Positions 12,997-27,669 of a DNA stretch of 56,865 bases are shown one piece after another (position 1 is the stretch's first letter; every line of letters starts with the position of its first letter). The translations under genes and the position numbers were made by a program. Origin of the DNA: Octopus bimaculoides. Lineage: Eukaryota. Below the pieces are notes generated by a model. It searched no databases and was not told the DNA's origin. It saw nothing but the letters and a program-made list of their open reading frames with translations. The stretch covers positions 66,778,118 through 66,834,982 of the forward strand of contig NC_068982.1 in the NCBI RefSeq assembly GCF_001194135.2. The letters are read 5' to 3'.

Positions 12997-13183
12997 CAAT
13001 AAAGATTCTCATATCTTCCATCTCTCTCATTAATCCCAATGTACAGAGCCAATGAACGTTTTAACGGAAAATTACCAGGTCTATACCATACGATTATTTA
13101 TTAACTAATATTAATATATATATATATATATATATATGTAATTACTTGGACTTTGGATATATGTCTATTAGTATGTCAATTAA

Positions 13184-13403
13184 TCCTTTCGTTACCAACC
13201 CAGCTGAAACCAGCTCTGGCTCTGAGTACAAATGTCTTGTTTTCCTAAGTTTTGAATTAAAATCTTTCACCAAATCTTAGTCACAATTTATGTTCCTAAC
13301 ACTAGCTGAATGATAACTAAGTTATTTTACTAAATTCTTTATTATATTTAAAGTAATTGAAAGAAACGCAGAGCATCTCAAAATAAATACAGTAACAAAA
13401 GAG
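13184..13403. mobile_element. 220-bp non-autonomous TTAA-flanked (piggyBac-type) MITE
   Basis: TTAA at 13180-13183 and 13404-13407; termini tcctttcgttac...gtaacaaaagag. A second copy lies inverted at 20575-20826. Confidence 0.8.
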
Positions 13404-13500
13404 TTAAAGTACATTCACCATTTGGGCTACCTGATGCTATCCACAATAACAATATAATTTTCACTGGATCTATGTCAGGAAATCCGCAGTGCTTGTTGAG

Positions 13501-13720
13501 TTTATAATAGATGAAGGAAGCGGAAAATGGATTTAGCATGGATCTTTATTCAGCACAACAATAGTTTCGACTCATAGGGGTAGAATATTGTGCATCAACA
13601 TGACAAGATGTACAATATCCTATCCCTATGGGACAGATGCAGGATGGGTTGAAACAATTGTCATGCTGAATAAAAATCTGTACTAAATCCATTTTCTGCT
13701 TCCTTTATCAATTATATATA
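13501..13720. repeat. About 220-bp hairpin containing only the 3' halves of hammerhead motifs (relative of HH-A)
   Basis: Arms pair around a 10-nt loop (13597-13606). The right arm gatgcaggatgggttGAAACAATTGTCatgctgAATAAA is nearly identical to HH-A. No CUGANGA box is present. Confidence 0.7.
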
Positions 13721-14729
13721 TATGTAGTTTATTGTTCTGCTCAACAAAAAATGTACTCCATCCAGTGAGAGATAAATATCATTTAATATAAACAATATTT
13801 ATATATGAGCTTTGGTTAGTTTCATACTGTGGAAACACAATAAATGGGCAGATTATATGTTTTGTGCCTCTAAGCAATCATTCAGGCTTAAATGCACAAC
13901 ATAGCTGGTTTTATTTGTTCTTTCTCACTTTCTCTAGTAAGACCAACCATGTTGTCTACATGAGCCAGATGGATTGCTTGGAGGTACAAAGCATGACGCT
14001 TAAATCTGCTGATTATTGTGATTCCACAACATGAAGCTAAAAGTAGCTTGTATTTGAATAGTGTATATTAAATGATATATATATATATCATCATCATTTA
14101 ACATCTGTTTCCCCAGCTGACATGGGGAGGATGGTTTGATAGGAACTGGCAAGTCAGAAGACTGCACCATATATGCATATATATATATTTGGTGTTATGC
14201 TAAGAAATGGTGTATAGTACCAGAATTTTTGACAAGTCAAATATATCAAACTACTCGAAATTATTGTTGGGGTATCCACATAAATGGAGCCAAACCAATT
14301 TCAAAATATCACTATTTGGTTCTATCATTTTAACTATATATGTGTGTGTGTGTATAGATATATGTAGTATGTAGACATGGTTATAATCCAAGCTATGTCT
14401 TCAGGAAGTACATCTGCATATTTCAGTACTCAAAAATCATAAGTAGATGCTATAATTATGTGAGGCATGCATAAGAGTTGAAAAATACTGGAAAATTATT
14501 TTTGCAGAGTAATTATATATCAAAATAGAAAACTGGGAAAAGTTTTTGGCACTATTTATTCACCATTACATTTATCATTTGTGAATAGGAGTTACAAAAT
14601 TTGTATATGTAGGAAAAACGAGTAAGATATCTCTTGATATCCTACTGCTTTGGATACTAAATAAAATATGTGAAATGGTGAATAAATTATACCAAAAATT
14701 TTTCCAATATCCTGTTTGTATATATATAT

Positions 14730-15085
14730 GTTGTTGGCACTCCGTCGCTTATGAAGACGAGGGTTCCAGTTGATCCGATCAACGGAACAGCCTGCTCATG
14801 AAATTTACTTGCAAGTGGTTGAGCACTCCACACACACGTGTACCCTTAATGTAGTTCTCGGGGATATTCAGCATGACACAGAGTGACAAGGCTGGCCCTT
14901 TGAATTACAGGCACAACAGAAACGGGAAGAGTGAGAGAAAGTTGTGGTGAAAGAGTACAGCAGGGTTCGCCACCATCCCCTGCCAGAGCCTCGTGGAGCT
15001 TTAGGTGTTTTCGCTCAATAAACACTTACAACACCCGGTCTGGGAATCGAAACTGCGATCCTATGACCGCTGCCCTAACCACTGT
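14730..15085 (-). mobile_element. SINE-like repeat, family C
   Basis: Near-identical inverted copy at 24448-24770; related copies at 35555-35848 and 47668-47982. A tRNA-like head with a B-box (gtttcgattcc on the minus strand) lies at the right end. Confidence 0.85.
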
Positions 15086-17237
15086 CTTTTTAGGAGTATC
15101 TTTGTTTAAGATGGTGAGGTTTGGTTTCAGGAAGATTTGGTTGTTGTTTCTAGTGAATTGTTAGTTTGTATAAGGAGATGATAGTTGTTGCTGTTGTCAG
15201 TGCTAATAAAGCAAGACTAGGTTTTTAAGACATTCCAGCCATGATCATCCAGTGTTTTGAGGAGTATCAAAGATTATATTATCCAATGTGGTAACCCTCC
15301 CCACCTCACTATTTCAAATGTTTTAATCAAGATAAAAAGCAGTGCCTATGACCCTTTATAGGATCTTTGAGACTGGGCCTATATGCATGCAACAGAGTTG
15401 TTTCTATTAAAGGTGTTCAAGGTGCCAAGTGGTTGTATTAACCAGGCAATGGATTAAGTAAGCCATACAAAGATTTGAAATCAAAACAAAAAGAGCTGGA
15501 ATAAATACTGCAAGGCATCTGGTCCAACACTCTTACATTTCTACTAATCTATCACTCTGGATTGGTTTGCATTTGTTGACCCAAGAAAAATGAGAGGCAA
15601 AGCTGACCTCAGATTTGAACTCCAAAGCACAGAGAATTGGAACAAATACCAGAAGGCTCCAATGACTCTATCAATTGATCACCAGCAAGACAGATGATTT
15701 GTGGAATATTTTGCTGCTGATATAGTGGTTCTCATTGGTTTTTCAATATAGAATGCTAATGGAGGACTCAACAGAATTTTATTAATTTTTAGAGAATTTT
15801 TTTTTTACCCAATTAAGAGCCAAATGACTGGCAATATGACTGTTATGGTTAAGGCAGTGAGCTGGGAGAATCGTTAGCACACTGGGTAAAATGTTTAGTG
15901 GCATTTTGTTTGTCTTCACATTCTGCGTTCAACTTCTGCAAAGTCCACTTTGCCTTTCCTCTTATTGAAGTTGGTAAAATAAGTACCAGTTGCACACTGG
16001 GTCAATGTAATCAACTTACCTTCTCCCCACAAAATTGCTGGCCTTGTGCCAAAATTTGAAATCAATATGATTGTTATGGTTAAGGTGGCAAGCTGGCAGA
16101 AATGTTAGCATGCCAGGCAAAATGTTTAGTAGCATTTTGTCGGTCTTTACATTCTGAGTTCAAATTCTGCTGAGGCCAACTTTGCCTTTCATCCATTCAG
16201 AGCCGATACCAGTTGTGCACTGGGGTTGATGTAATCATCTTGCTTCCCTCACCCCAATAGTTCAGGCCTATAGTGGAAAGGGATATGATTATGATTTCTT
16301 GCAATTCCTGATGGCTAACATTCCATGATAGTTGTTAGCTATTAGGCAGGATACTGCATCTTTCAAAAAATCTGATGCTTCCCAAAATTCACCAACACTA
16401 CAGCTAACATGCCTATACACCCTTTGTTCTTTTATTGTTCACTTTTCTGTCTTTTTGAGTTTTATCCTCAGAAACACAGATGTACTTTTAGCTTTCATTA
16501 CTGTCTTTCTTTACTTGATTTGTTGCTGCTTTCTGTCTTCTCTTTCACACTTTTTTGATGAGTTGTAATGCACCTGACCAATGTATACAGTAAGCTCATT
16601 ATTAATTTATTATTACAATTAGTTATACCAGTGATTGCTAGCCTGTGTCTCATGAAATTGTTCAAATTTAGAATATTTAATCTCTGATTTTTCAATAATG
16701 CATTATAAAATTAAGAAAAAAGTTACTTATTCTATCAACATTTGTTTACTCTCACATACAAGCTGAAAAACATTTCCAGGCAAAATTCTGGTTTAAATAC
16801 CCCATATAACCTCTCATAACTTTTTTCATTTTTTAGAATTTTCAGAAAAGATTTGCAAATTTGTGTTCTAAATACAGGAATTCATATGATTATGCCAACA
16901 ATTTGTTTTTAAAGTGTGTGATTTAAGGAAGATTTAGCTGTTGTTTTTAGCATATCCCATAACCACCTGGTATGACCAGTTACATGATGTGCTTCAATCC
17001 AGGCTGTGCATATGCACGGACATTTTTTTACTTTTTGAATTTGAATTTCATAAGTTATTTTAAAATTATAAACAGAAACAAATGAAAAATTCAGACTGTC
17101 TATGCATATGTGTGTGTGTGTGGAATTTTTTTTAATGAATTAAACCATAATTTTGTTCATTTACATTTTATTTAACAACTATATGTGGTTTAACTTGAAA
17201 CGAAGCATGTTTATATTGTGTCATCTTGTTATAGAGA

Positions 17238-17577
17238 TCTAGAAAATTCATAAAGATCAGATACAAAAAATAACAAATACACAATATAGTGCAAAAAGTA
17301 TTTCTTTTTGCATCTGATATTTGTTATGGATCTTCTATAAGAATGAAGCTGTATTCCTTAATTTGCCATTTCTATATATGAAAAATAAGAAGAAATCTTG
17401 CAAAACAAAGTTTATTTGAATGAGATGCCTCTTGAAATCACCTGAGGAGACACATCTACACTGAGAGATACACCAAAATCAGTTGTATAGTATCCCACCT
17501 GCAAGGGATCGATGCTAGATGAGTCGAAACAATTGTAGTGATCAATAAAAATTCTCGTGTCTTCCATCTTCCATCTA
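17238..17577 (+). mobile_element. 5'-truncated HH-A element flanked by a 77-78 bp direct duplication
   Basis: Aligns with 12700-13030. The flanks 17161-17237 and 17578-17655 are direct repeats with only a few mismatches. Confidence 0.85.
17437..17542 (+). ncRNA. Type I hammerhead ribozyme motif, best-preserved copy
   Basis: AUCAC-CUGAGGA-GAC-A-CAUCUA...UAGAUG-A-GUC-GAAA-CAAUUG-UA/GUGAU. Canonical G10.1-C11.1 pair, extended helix II, cleavage predicted after 17537, AATAAA at 17544-17549. Confidence 0.85.
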
Positions 17578-18107
17578 TTACATTCTATTTAACAACTATA
17601 TGTGGTTTAACTTGAAATGAAGCATGTTTATATTGTGTTGTCTCGTTTTTAGAGAAACAAAAGTGTGCCACTGGGTTACATGGTTGACTAAATGGTGGTG
17701 GTCAGTGAATAGCAAAGGACAGAGATAACTGGAGATCACTCACTTTAGACCTACCCAACCCACACTAACAGTTATAAATAAGAAGCAGAGGGTTAATAGT
17801 ACAAGTATGTGTGTATGTGTGTCACACATGGTACTCTCTCACAATTTTTTTCTTCCTTACTCTTTCATGTTATATCTGTCTCTCTTTCTCTGTGTATGTG
17901 TTTGTGTGTGTGTGTGTGTGTATGTGTGTGTGTGTATGCATGCACATGCATGAGCCTAGTGAAGACAAGTAAGTTTCAGTGTGTTTGAATACATACATGC
18001 CTGTGCGCGCATACACACACACACACACGTATACATATAAACTTCAAGACCTTGTCATCTTAAATTAGCTTTAAAAGATAGACTTAACACACACATCTGT
18101 ATGTATG

Positions 18108-18144
<37 letters not shown>

Positions 18145-20040
18145 AGAGAGAGAGAGAGAGAGAATGAAGTACTTAGATATCTGTATTGATATATAAACAG
18201 CATAAAGTATATGCACAGTAATTAAAAAACCCAATAATACATTGTTAAAATGCAGTAAATCCTGGTGGAATACATTTGCATGTTTCTATAGAATCAGCTA
18301 AAAAAGTTGAGAGCAACATAATTAGAATAAAAATCAGAAAAGCATAAATTTCATGTAGCTATTTCAATAGTGTAAAAACATTATCATTTATATAATTATG
18401 TACTGAACATACATAATTAGTTAATTTTAAAATGATGGGTTAGCCATTTCTTCAGGAGAATCATTAGCTTATAACTTTTAAATTAATTATGCTAATTATG
18501 CAATTATATATACAATAATGTTTTTACTCTATTGAAACAGCTGTAGAGCACAATTAACTTATGAATTATATGTGAAATGAGTGTGAGAGAATATGAGATG
18601 ATGTAAGATGGCAGAGAGAGAGAGATAGAAACAAAAGATATATGTGTGTATGTGAGAGAGAAGGTATGCATGTAGAGAGGAGTAGGGAGAGATATGAACC
18701 AATGTTATTGTATTCATGTGAGATATTCACAGCCATTACATAAGGATATTTCATGCTTCACATAGACAGCAGGATCAGCAGGATAACTTATATAGGATGC
18801 ACTCTGATGAAGATAATGAAGGGTTATTAGCGAGCTTTCCATAAATTACACCCATGAAATCAAGACAAGCTTCATATAAGAAGCTTCTCTGATACATAAA
18901 CTACAATAACAGTGAAATTATTAAAACTAGATGGCAAACAACTGCAATTGGAAATCAGTTAGTTGAAATGAGAAATTAATTATTGTATTGAATTATTGAT
19001 AATTTTATACTGTTTTCAACAGCAACAACAATTACAACAATCACAAAATGGACAACATGATATTTTTTACTAAAAAGAAAAAGAAAAGCTCCTCCAAGAA
19101 CATGTTGACTAATTATCACAGGTATACTGATTCCTTGGTTGTCTCAGCAATAGAATCAGATAAAATTGAGATTAGAGAGAGACATAGGCATGGAGACGTC
19201 ACATAAAATAAATTTTAGATGGCATGGAGTTAAAAATTCAGGTGGATTTAAGTGGATTTGATCAGCTTTTGCATTTAACAAAAGATTAGTTGAATAAAAT
19301 AAATATATAAATAAAGCACAACAATATTTGGGGTTCTTTCCTTTTTTTTCCACTTTTTTCTTTTAGATTTAAATGTCAAAATGATGACAGTATTTGGTTT
19401 AGTTTAATATATTTTCCGTAGACAGTAAAACAATTTATGACTGGCATATCATGCACACATACATACATGTACATATATGCATACATGCATACATACATAC
19501 ACACACATATGCATACATATATGCACACTCATAAACATACAAAGTTGATTAATCAGGAAACGGCCATTATTTAAAAAGCTGGTTAACTGTTGTTAGTGAC
19601 AATGTTTTAAGGAAATTAGCATGATCTAAGGAATAAGGCATTGGTCAACTGTAGCTGAAGAAGCAGGTTCAATGTTGGCTAGCAGCTGGTGGAGGAATAA
19701 TTTCATTAACTAATGTTGTCTAATTATGAAATTGTGTGCAGTAAAAAACATTCAGTGAAAAAAATCAAACAAAACAAAACAAACAGAAAACAAAAATACA
19801 TCAATAGTTCACTACTCATATATCTATAACAATATTTCTCAAAAACTTCATCCAATGTACCATGGATGGGATGAAGGGTAGGGAAGGAGTAAAATAAAAA
19901 TAAAATGCAAAAATAAAACCTTTTAAGGACTTCCAGAAAATAATATCAGGCACGTCCTGCGTTTTATTTAATAAGTTATGAAAATAATAAATGATATTAC
20001 ATATCATCTCTACTATAGACTCTGCTTTAGTCATTTGCAG

Positions 20041-20334
20041 CTATACTACAAATTCATCTTCCCCAAGTTTAATAGACTCTAGATTCTTTTCCCAGTCATC
20101 ATAATATGGCCGATGTTCAGTTCGGTTAGGGGAGGGTGCTAACCAAGACGACGAGTGATTTGATGGTGTAGAAGAAGAAGAAGAGAGGAGATTGGGAGCA
20201 GAGTTTCTTTCTCGATTCACTTTCTCTTTATGATCTAATTCAGTCAATAGCAGTTTAATACGTTCCTTCAGGGTTTGGATATCCTCTGCAGCAGAAATAT
20301 TGGAACAACTGGACAAACTCCGACAACCAATAGC
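20041..20334 (-). CDS. Terminal coding exon of the host gene (AIGCRSL...coiled-coil-like EDIQTLKERIKLLLTELDHKEK...LGEDEFVV*)
   Basis: Strong acceptor tttttgttttag, phase-0 open frame of 97 aa to TAG, coding-like composition, followed by about 2 kb of unique AT-rich sequence (probable 3' UTR). Confidence 0.8.
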   Translation of the reverse strand, partial: AIGCRSLSSCSNISAAEDIQTLKERIKLLLTELDHKEKVNRERNSAPNLLSSSSSTPSNHSSSWLAPSPNRTEHRPYYDDWEKNLESIKLGEDEFVV

Positions 20335-20574
20335 CTAAAACAAAAAAGATAAAAGAAAAAAAATTGATAGGGTAGAAAACAGGATATCATAAATTGAGTT
20401 ATTTCTTAATAAATAATATTGATTTTTAACAAAACCACAATGATTCAAATATTGGGGAATACATTATTGAAATTGACCCCAGTTGTTATCAGCCATTAAT
20501 TTTGTCAACTCTCAAAAGGACAAAAATCAAGCCAGTCACCATGGGATTTGAACTAAGACATCAAGCTTCCTTAA

Positions 20575-20826
20575 CCCTTTCGTTTCCATATTTATTTTGA
20601 GATGCTCTGTGTTTCATTCAATTATTTTAAATATAACAAAGAATTTAGTAAAATAACTTAGTTATCATTCAGTTAGTGTTAGGAACATAATTTGTGACTA
20701 AGGTTTGGTGGAAGATTTTAATTTGAAACTTATGAAAAAAGACATTTGTACCATAGAGCCAGAGCCGGTTTCAGCCAGAGCCGGTTTCAGCCAGAGCCAG
20801 TTTCAGCCAGGTTGGTATCGAAAGTG
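20575..20826. mobile_element. TTAA-flanked MITE, second copy, with an internal 16-bp unit triplicated
   Basis: TTAA at 20571-20574 and 20827-20830; termini ccctttcgtttc...gtatcgaaagtg. The unit agccagagccggtttc occurs 3 times (20757-20804); 252 bp minus 32 equals the 220 bp of the other copy. Confidence 0.85.
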
Positions 20827-21517
20827 TTAAAGCAGAAAAGCTTGACTATTTACTTAAAACATCCAAAACACAAAAGGTTTTTTGTATTCTTTTTGTTTAA
20901 TTTTTTTATCTTTGGATTCTATTACATAATTAAAGAGGCTGCCAACCAATCTATTTTGGATGAACTAGGATTAGCTGCAATGAATCAGAAATGTTATCAA
21001 TATACAGAGTATTTTGTCCTCCACCCTACTAAATTTGAAAATCACTTTTATTGTTACTAATTTAGGCACAAGACCTGAAACTTAGAGGAAGGGGGTTTAG
21101 TCGATTACACTGACCTCAGTATGTGACTGGTACTTTATTTTATCAAGCTCAAAAGAATGAAAGACAAAGTTAACTTCAACAGGATTTGAACTCAGAACAT
21201 AAGGAATTGAAAGAAATACTGCAAAGCATTTATGTTTTTATGCTCTGACATTTCTGTCAGCTTCTAAATGATGAAGTTTATCCTGGTTTGACTTACATTT
21301 AGACAATAAAATTATATAATTAAATACCACAAGTTTTATTTATTCATATATCATTTATCATTTACTTGTTTCTGTAATTGAAATGCGGCCATGCTGGGGT
21401 ATCACTGTCAAGGGTTTAGTCAAACAAATCAACTCTAGTACTTATTTTTAAGTCTTGTACTATTCTATTGGCTTCTTTTGTTGAACTGCTAAGTTACAGG
21501 GATATAGACAAATATAC

Positions 21518-22896
<1,379 letters not shown>

Positions 22897-24447
22897 TATT
22901 ACATACACGCACGACAGGCTTCTATATGGTTTTCATCTACCAGATTCACCCGCAAGGCATTGCCTGGCCTGGAGCTTTAGTAGAAGACACTTGCGCAAAG
23001 TGCTGCTCAGTGGAACTGAACCTGAAACCAATTGGTTGTAAAGCAAAGCTTTTTAACCACACAACCATGTTTTTTTTATTTTATTTTTTTTTTTTTAATA
23101 GATTTACTATCACTTATCATACAGTTTGTTTTAAAACTCTTCCTTTTCAGGAATGTCTCTCACTGAAACCAACACATCAAGCTTCCTGAGAGCAAAGAAG
23201 CTTGATTTGTCTTGAATAATTACTTAAAACATCTGAGACACACAAGGTTTTTTTTTTAATTCTTTTTGTTTATTCTCTTTTCATCTTTGAATTCTGTTAC
23301 ACAATTAAAGAAGCTGCCAACCAACCTGTTTTGGATGAGCTAGAATTAGCTGCAATGAATCGGTGACATTGTCAATTATCTTCTGGATAGCTTTGATACT
23401 TTCATCAAGGACAACTATCCCATTTACCTGAAACAGGAAACACAACATAAACAGGAAATATTAGCATTTTCTACTTTAATAGAAATCAAGTCAACATATA
23501 AACGGAAGTAATACAATGGAGATGAAAGAAGAGTGGAAAAAAACAAACAAACAAAACAACTTGTTGTAAGAAGTTATTGATGGCATATTTCATATATAAA
23601 GAAATGACATAATCAAGATTGGAGAGGAAACTTGTTCTGAAAAATTGATGGACAGTGTAAAATTGATGGAAAATACAGTCCACATAATTGCAAATAAAAA
23701 CAATGGAAAGCACAGTTTTTAGTTGTGCTTAGATTACTGCTGCTGCTGCTTCACTCCCTTCTCCTCCTCCACTTCCTCCACCACCACCTATTTTTCCATG
23801 TTTGTATGGGTCAGACAATACTATGCTGGGAGAAGAGTTTTCCTATGACTGAATGCCCTTCCTATTGTTTCAAAGTGAAGTAACAATCTTCCAATGTATC
23901 AAACAACAAACTGCTTATATTTTTACAGTCCACAAAATATTTAAACATTTTTGTATACAATTCCTTATTAACATTTAATCATAAAAACATAATAGGAGTT
24001 TTTAGACATTGAATGGCTATGAGGGTACCCCTCCCCTGAGTAAAATAGGAATCAAAGATGTCTCTCGTCCCTCGTCAAAAAATGGTTGAGAATCACAGTT
24101 ATATATGGAGAACTAGAAACAAAGAACCCTGCATTGTATTATTCAATTAGTATAATATAATTTTGTATTAACTGACCACTAATATACATTATCATTATTA
24201 CTACTGTTGTTAAGGCCGTGAGCTGGCAGAATTGTTAGCATGCCAGGCAAAATACTTAGTGGCATTTCATCTGTCTTTATGTTCTGAGTTCAAATTCTGC
24301 TGAGGTCAACTTTGCCTTTCATCCTGTCAGGGTCGATAAAATAAGTACCAGTTGAGCACTGGGGTTGATGTAATTGACTAGTCCACTCTTTTCAAATTTC
24401 AGGCCTTGTGCCTTTAGTAGAAAGGGTTATTACTACTATTGTTATTG

Positions 24448-24770
24448 CTGTTTTGCATAGGCGTTGTGAGTGTTTATTGAACGAAAACACCTAAAGCTCC
24501 ACGAGGCTCCGGCAGGGGATGGTGGCGAACCCTGCTGTACTCTTTCACCACAACTTTCTCTCACTCTTACTTCCTGTTTCTGTTGTGCCTGTAATTCAAA
24601 GGGTCAGCCTTGTCACACTGTGTCATGCTGAATATCCCCGAGAACTACGTTAAGGGTACACGTGTCCGTGGAGTGCTCAGCCACTTGCATGTTAATTTCA
24701 TGAGCAGGCTGTTCCATTGATCAGATCAACTGGAACCCTCAACGTCGTAACCTACGGAGTGTCAACAACA
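24448..24770 (+). mobile_element. SINE-like repeat, family C
   Basis: Reverse complement of 14730-15050 at high identity. Confidence 0.85.
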
Positions 24771-25034
24771 CAAAAATTGTTATATTTATCATTATTTACC
24801 ACTGTTAATAGAGCAAGCTGGCAGAAACATTAACGCACTGGGCAAAATATCTAACAGTATCTTGCCTGGTTTCACATTCTGAGTTCAAAATCCTGCCAAG
24901 CTCAACTTTGTTTTTCATACTTTTGGAGGTGGATAAAATAAGAATCAGGTGAGTAATGAGGTTGATGTGATTGACTTGCCCCTCTCCTTAAAACTGCTGG
25001 CCTTGTGTCAAAAGTAGAAACGATTATTTACTGT

Positions 25035-25255
25035 TGTGGCCGTTGCCAGTACCGCCTGACTGACCTTCATGCCGGTGGCACGTAAAAGCACCCACTACAC
25101 TCTCGGAGTGGTTGCCGTTAGGAGGGGCACCCAGCTGTAGAAACTCTGCCAAATCAGATTGGAGCCTGGTGTAGCCATCTGGTCCACCAGTCCTCAGTCA
25201 AATCGTCCAACCCATGCTAGCATGGAAAGCGGACGTTAAACGATGATGATGATGA
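25035..25255 (+). mobile_element. (GAT)n/(CAT)n-tailed interspersed repeat, family E
   Basis: Ends in ccaacccatgctagcatggaaagcggacgttaaacgatgatgatg. The same end occurs at about 12235, 33470, 44730, 45470 and 46700, and in many diverged copies. Confidence 0.85.
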
Positions 25256-27009
25256 TGTTGTTGTTTATTATTACTACTACTATTAAGGTGGTGAGCTGAC
25301 AGAACCATTAGCATGACGGGCAAAATGCTTTGCAGCATGTCGTCCATCTTTATGTTCCGAGTTCAAATACTGTCAAGGCCAACTTTACTTTTCATCCTTC
25401 TGGGGTCAATAAAATAAGTACCAGCCAAGTACAGGGGTTGATGCAGTTGACTTAGCCCTGAAATTGTTGACCTTGTCCCAAAATTTGAAACTACTATTAC
25501 CACTACTATTCAACACAATCATCATCATTTAAAGTCTATTTTCCATGCTGGCATGGGTTGGACGGTTTGACAGGAGCTGACCAGCTGAAGGGCTGTTCAG
25601 GCTCCCTGTTTTGGCATGGTTTCTACAGCTGGATGTCCTTCCTAACACCAACCACTTTACAGAGTGTACTGGGTACTTTTATGCAGCACTGGTATGGGTG
25701 CTTTTTATGTGGCACAGCACTTACGAGCCTGTGAGATTAGGGATGCTCAGCTGGAGAGAGTTGCAGGGGACTAGTTTGTATGCAAGGACAACCACACTTT
25801 TACTTGGAATAATTTTAAGGTGATAGGTAGGCAGAATTTTTTGTGTCAAAGAACAGTGTTTATTTTGGGGCTTTCTTACCAGCATTCACACACACACACA
25901 CACACACACTAAATCCTAGCAACCCAGCTGTGTTCTCAAACAACTCTCTCTCCTGTGAACCTCATCTATTTCCTTACCTCCAGTCCCACCACTACTTGTA
26001 CCTTTATTTCATCACCTACCCCTACCTTTGCCCACTTTTACTATTACCAATCACTGCCCCCATCACTGCTACTTACTTCACTCCCAATTTGCCTTGTTTT
26101 TCTATCATACTTGCTCTTTATATCCATCTATCCTTCTTTACCTTTGGCCACCTCTGTTATTTTCAATTACTCCCTTCCCAGTCCACCCCTACATACTCCT
26201 ACCTTCTTCCTATCATACACTTGTTCCTTCAGATAGTATGTCCTTCAATTTTTTAATGAATCATCTGATTGAGATTTGGCTGCTATTTCTAGCAGGTGGA
26301 ACAACTTTGAAGCTGAGTGACAAAATTGGTAGCACATCATGACAAACCATCAAACCATCCAATCCCTGCCAGAGTGGAAAGCAGATGCAAAATGAAAATG
26401 AATGAAATTAATAGTAATTCATAAAAAAAAAAAAAAGCCTCTTGGGTTTAATTATCTCCCATTAAATCCACTTCCTGTTTTACCTATGTAAAACAATCAT
26501 AAAGGGTAGAAAGCAAGGAGGATGTTGTTATTTTTTTATTTTTACATCATTAAATTTAAGCTATAATTTGTAAGAGGAAGCCCAGTCCACATAATGATAC
26601 AGGTGTATTTATATTACAATATTTTCATAAATTGGTGACCTGTTTATAAGCATTGGTGATAATAGTGGAGATGGTGGTGGTGGTAGTGGTGGAGGAAGTT
26701 ATTACTGGCGGTCATATTTACATCAATCAGTATTATCACTTCCATACACAAAGACCAAGTATTCACTGTCACCATCACCACCAACCTAATTATTATTATT
26801 ATTATTATTATTATTAGAAAGTAAGATAAATTAAGTACCAGTCAAGTACTGGAGTTGATAAGATCAATTGTGCCCCTCCCTACAAAAATCCAAGCCTTGT
26901 GCCAACAGTAAAAAGAATTATTATTACTATTATTACCCACTGCTCCAAAATTGCTGGCCTTATGCCAAACTTTGAAACCATTATTATCATTATTATTATT
27001 ATTATTATT

Positions 27010-27520
27010 ACTGAGTAAGAGAGCAGTGCATGCCATCAACGTGACACTGGGGTATAAACATACGAAGTCCAATATACCCATTATGACTACCTATCTGATA
27101 AGGGTACATCCAGCACATGCATCACAACCAAATGTGCTTGACATGGTGATCTCACATCAAGATAAACAGTGCATGATCTTACAGGTGGAGCCCAGTTAGA
27201 ATTTTCTTCAGGTCAAGTAGCCCATCCCACTCAATAGGTCCCTGAATAAGGTTTGTTTAAGGATATTTCCAGAGGTGAATTATTCAAATCCCAAAGAAAT
27301 TTTTGCAACACATGGTTATGATGTTCCCCAACTACTTCTGCTCATGATCAGAAATGCACATATTGTCAGCCACTAAGGGACATGCTCAACTGGTTATGGT
27401 CAAACAAGTGACAGGCAAATCTGTGGTATTGAGCAGAATATTTGCTGTAGCCCATCTTTCATACCAAGACAAAAAACGTACATGGCAGCACTCCCAATCT
27501 GTTAAAATCAAGAGCTACTG
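27010..27520. repeat. Probable interspersed repeat adjoining an (ATT)n tract
   Basis: GC-richer block with sharp edges next to (att)n. Only one copy in this window, so the repeat call is inference. Confidence 0.4.
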
Positions 27521-27669
27521 CCTGTGGCATTTATTATTATCATTATATTTAAACTCCTACACTTTATGTCTGTCTTTGTAATGTCACTTTCATCCTTTGC
27601 CGTGGAGGCAAATAATAGAAACATTATCATTATCATGATCATCATCATCATTATTATTACTATTATTTT

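Larger units (their letters stand above)
12459..13035. mobile_element. Long inverted-repeat element with two outward-facing hammerhead motifs (family HH-A; Penelope pLTR-like)
   Basis: Arms at about 12459-12720 and 12748-13035 are reverse complements with terminal attaatgagaga...tctctcattaat. The same family recurs at 17238-17577. Confidence 0.85.
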
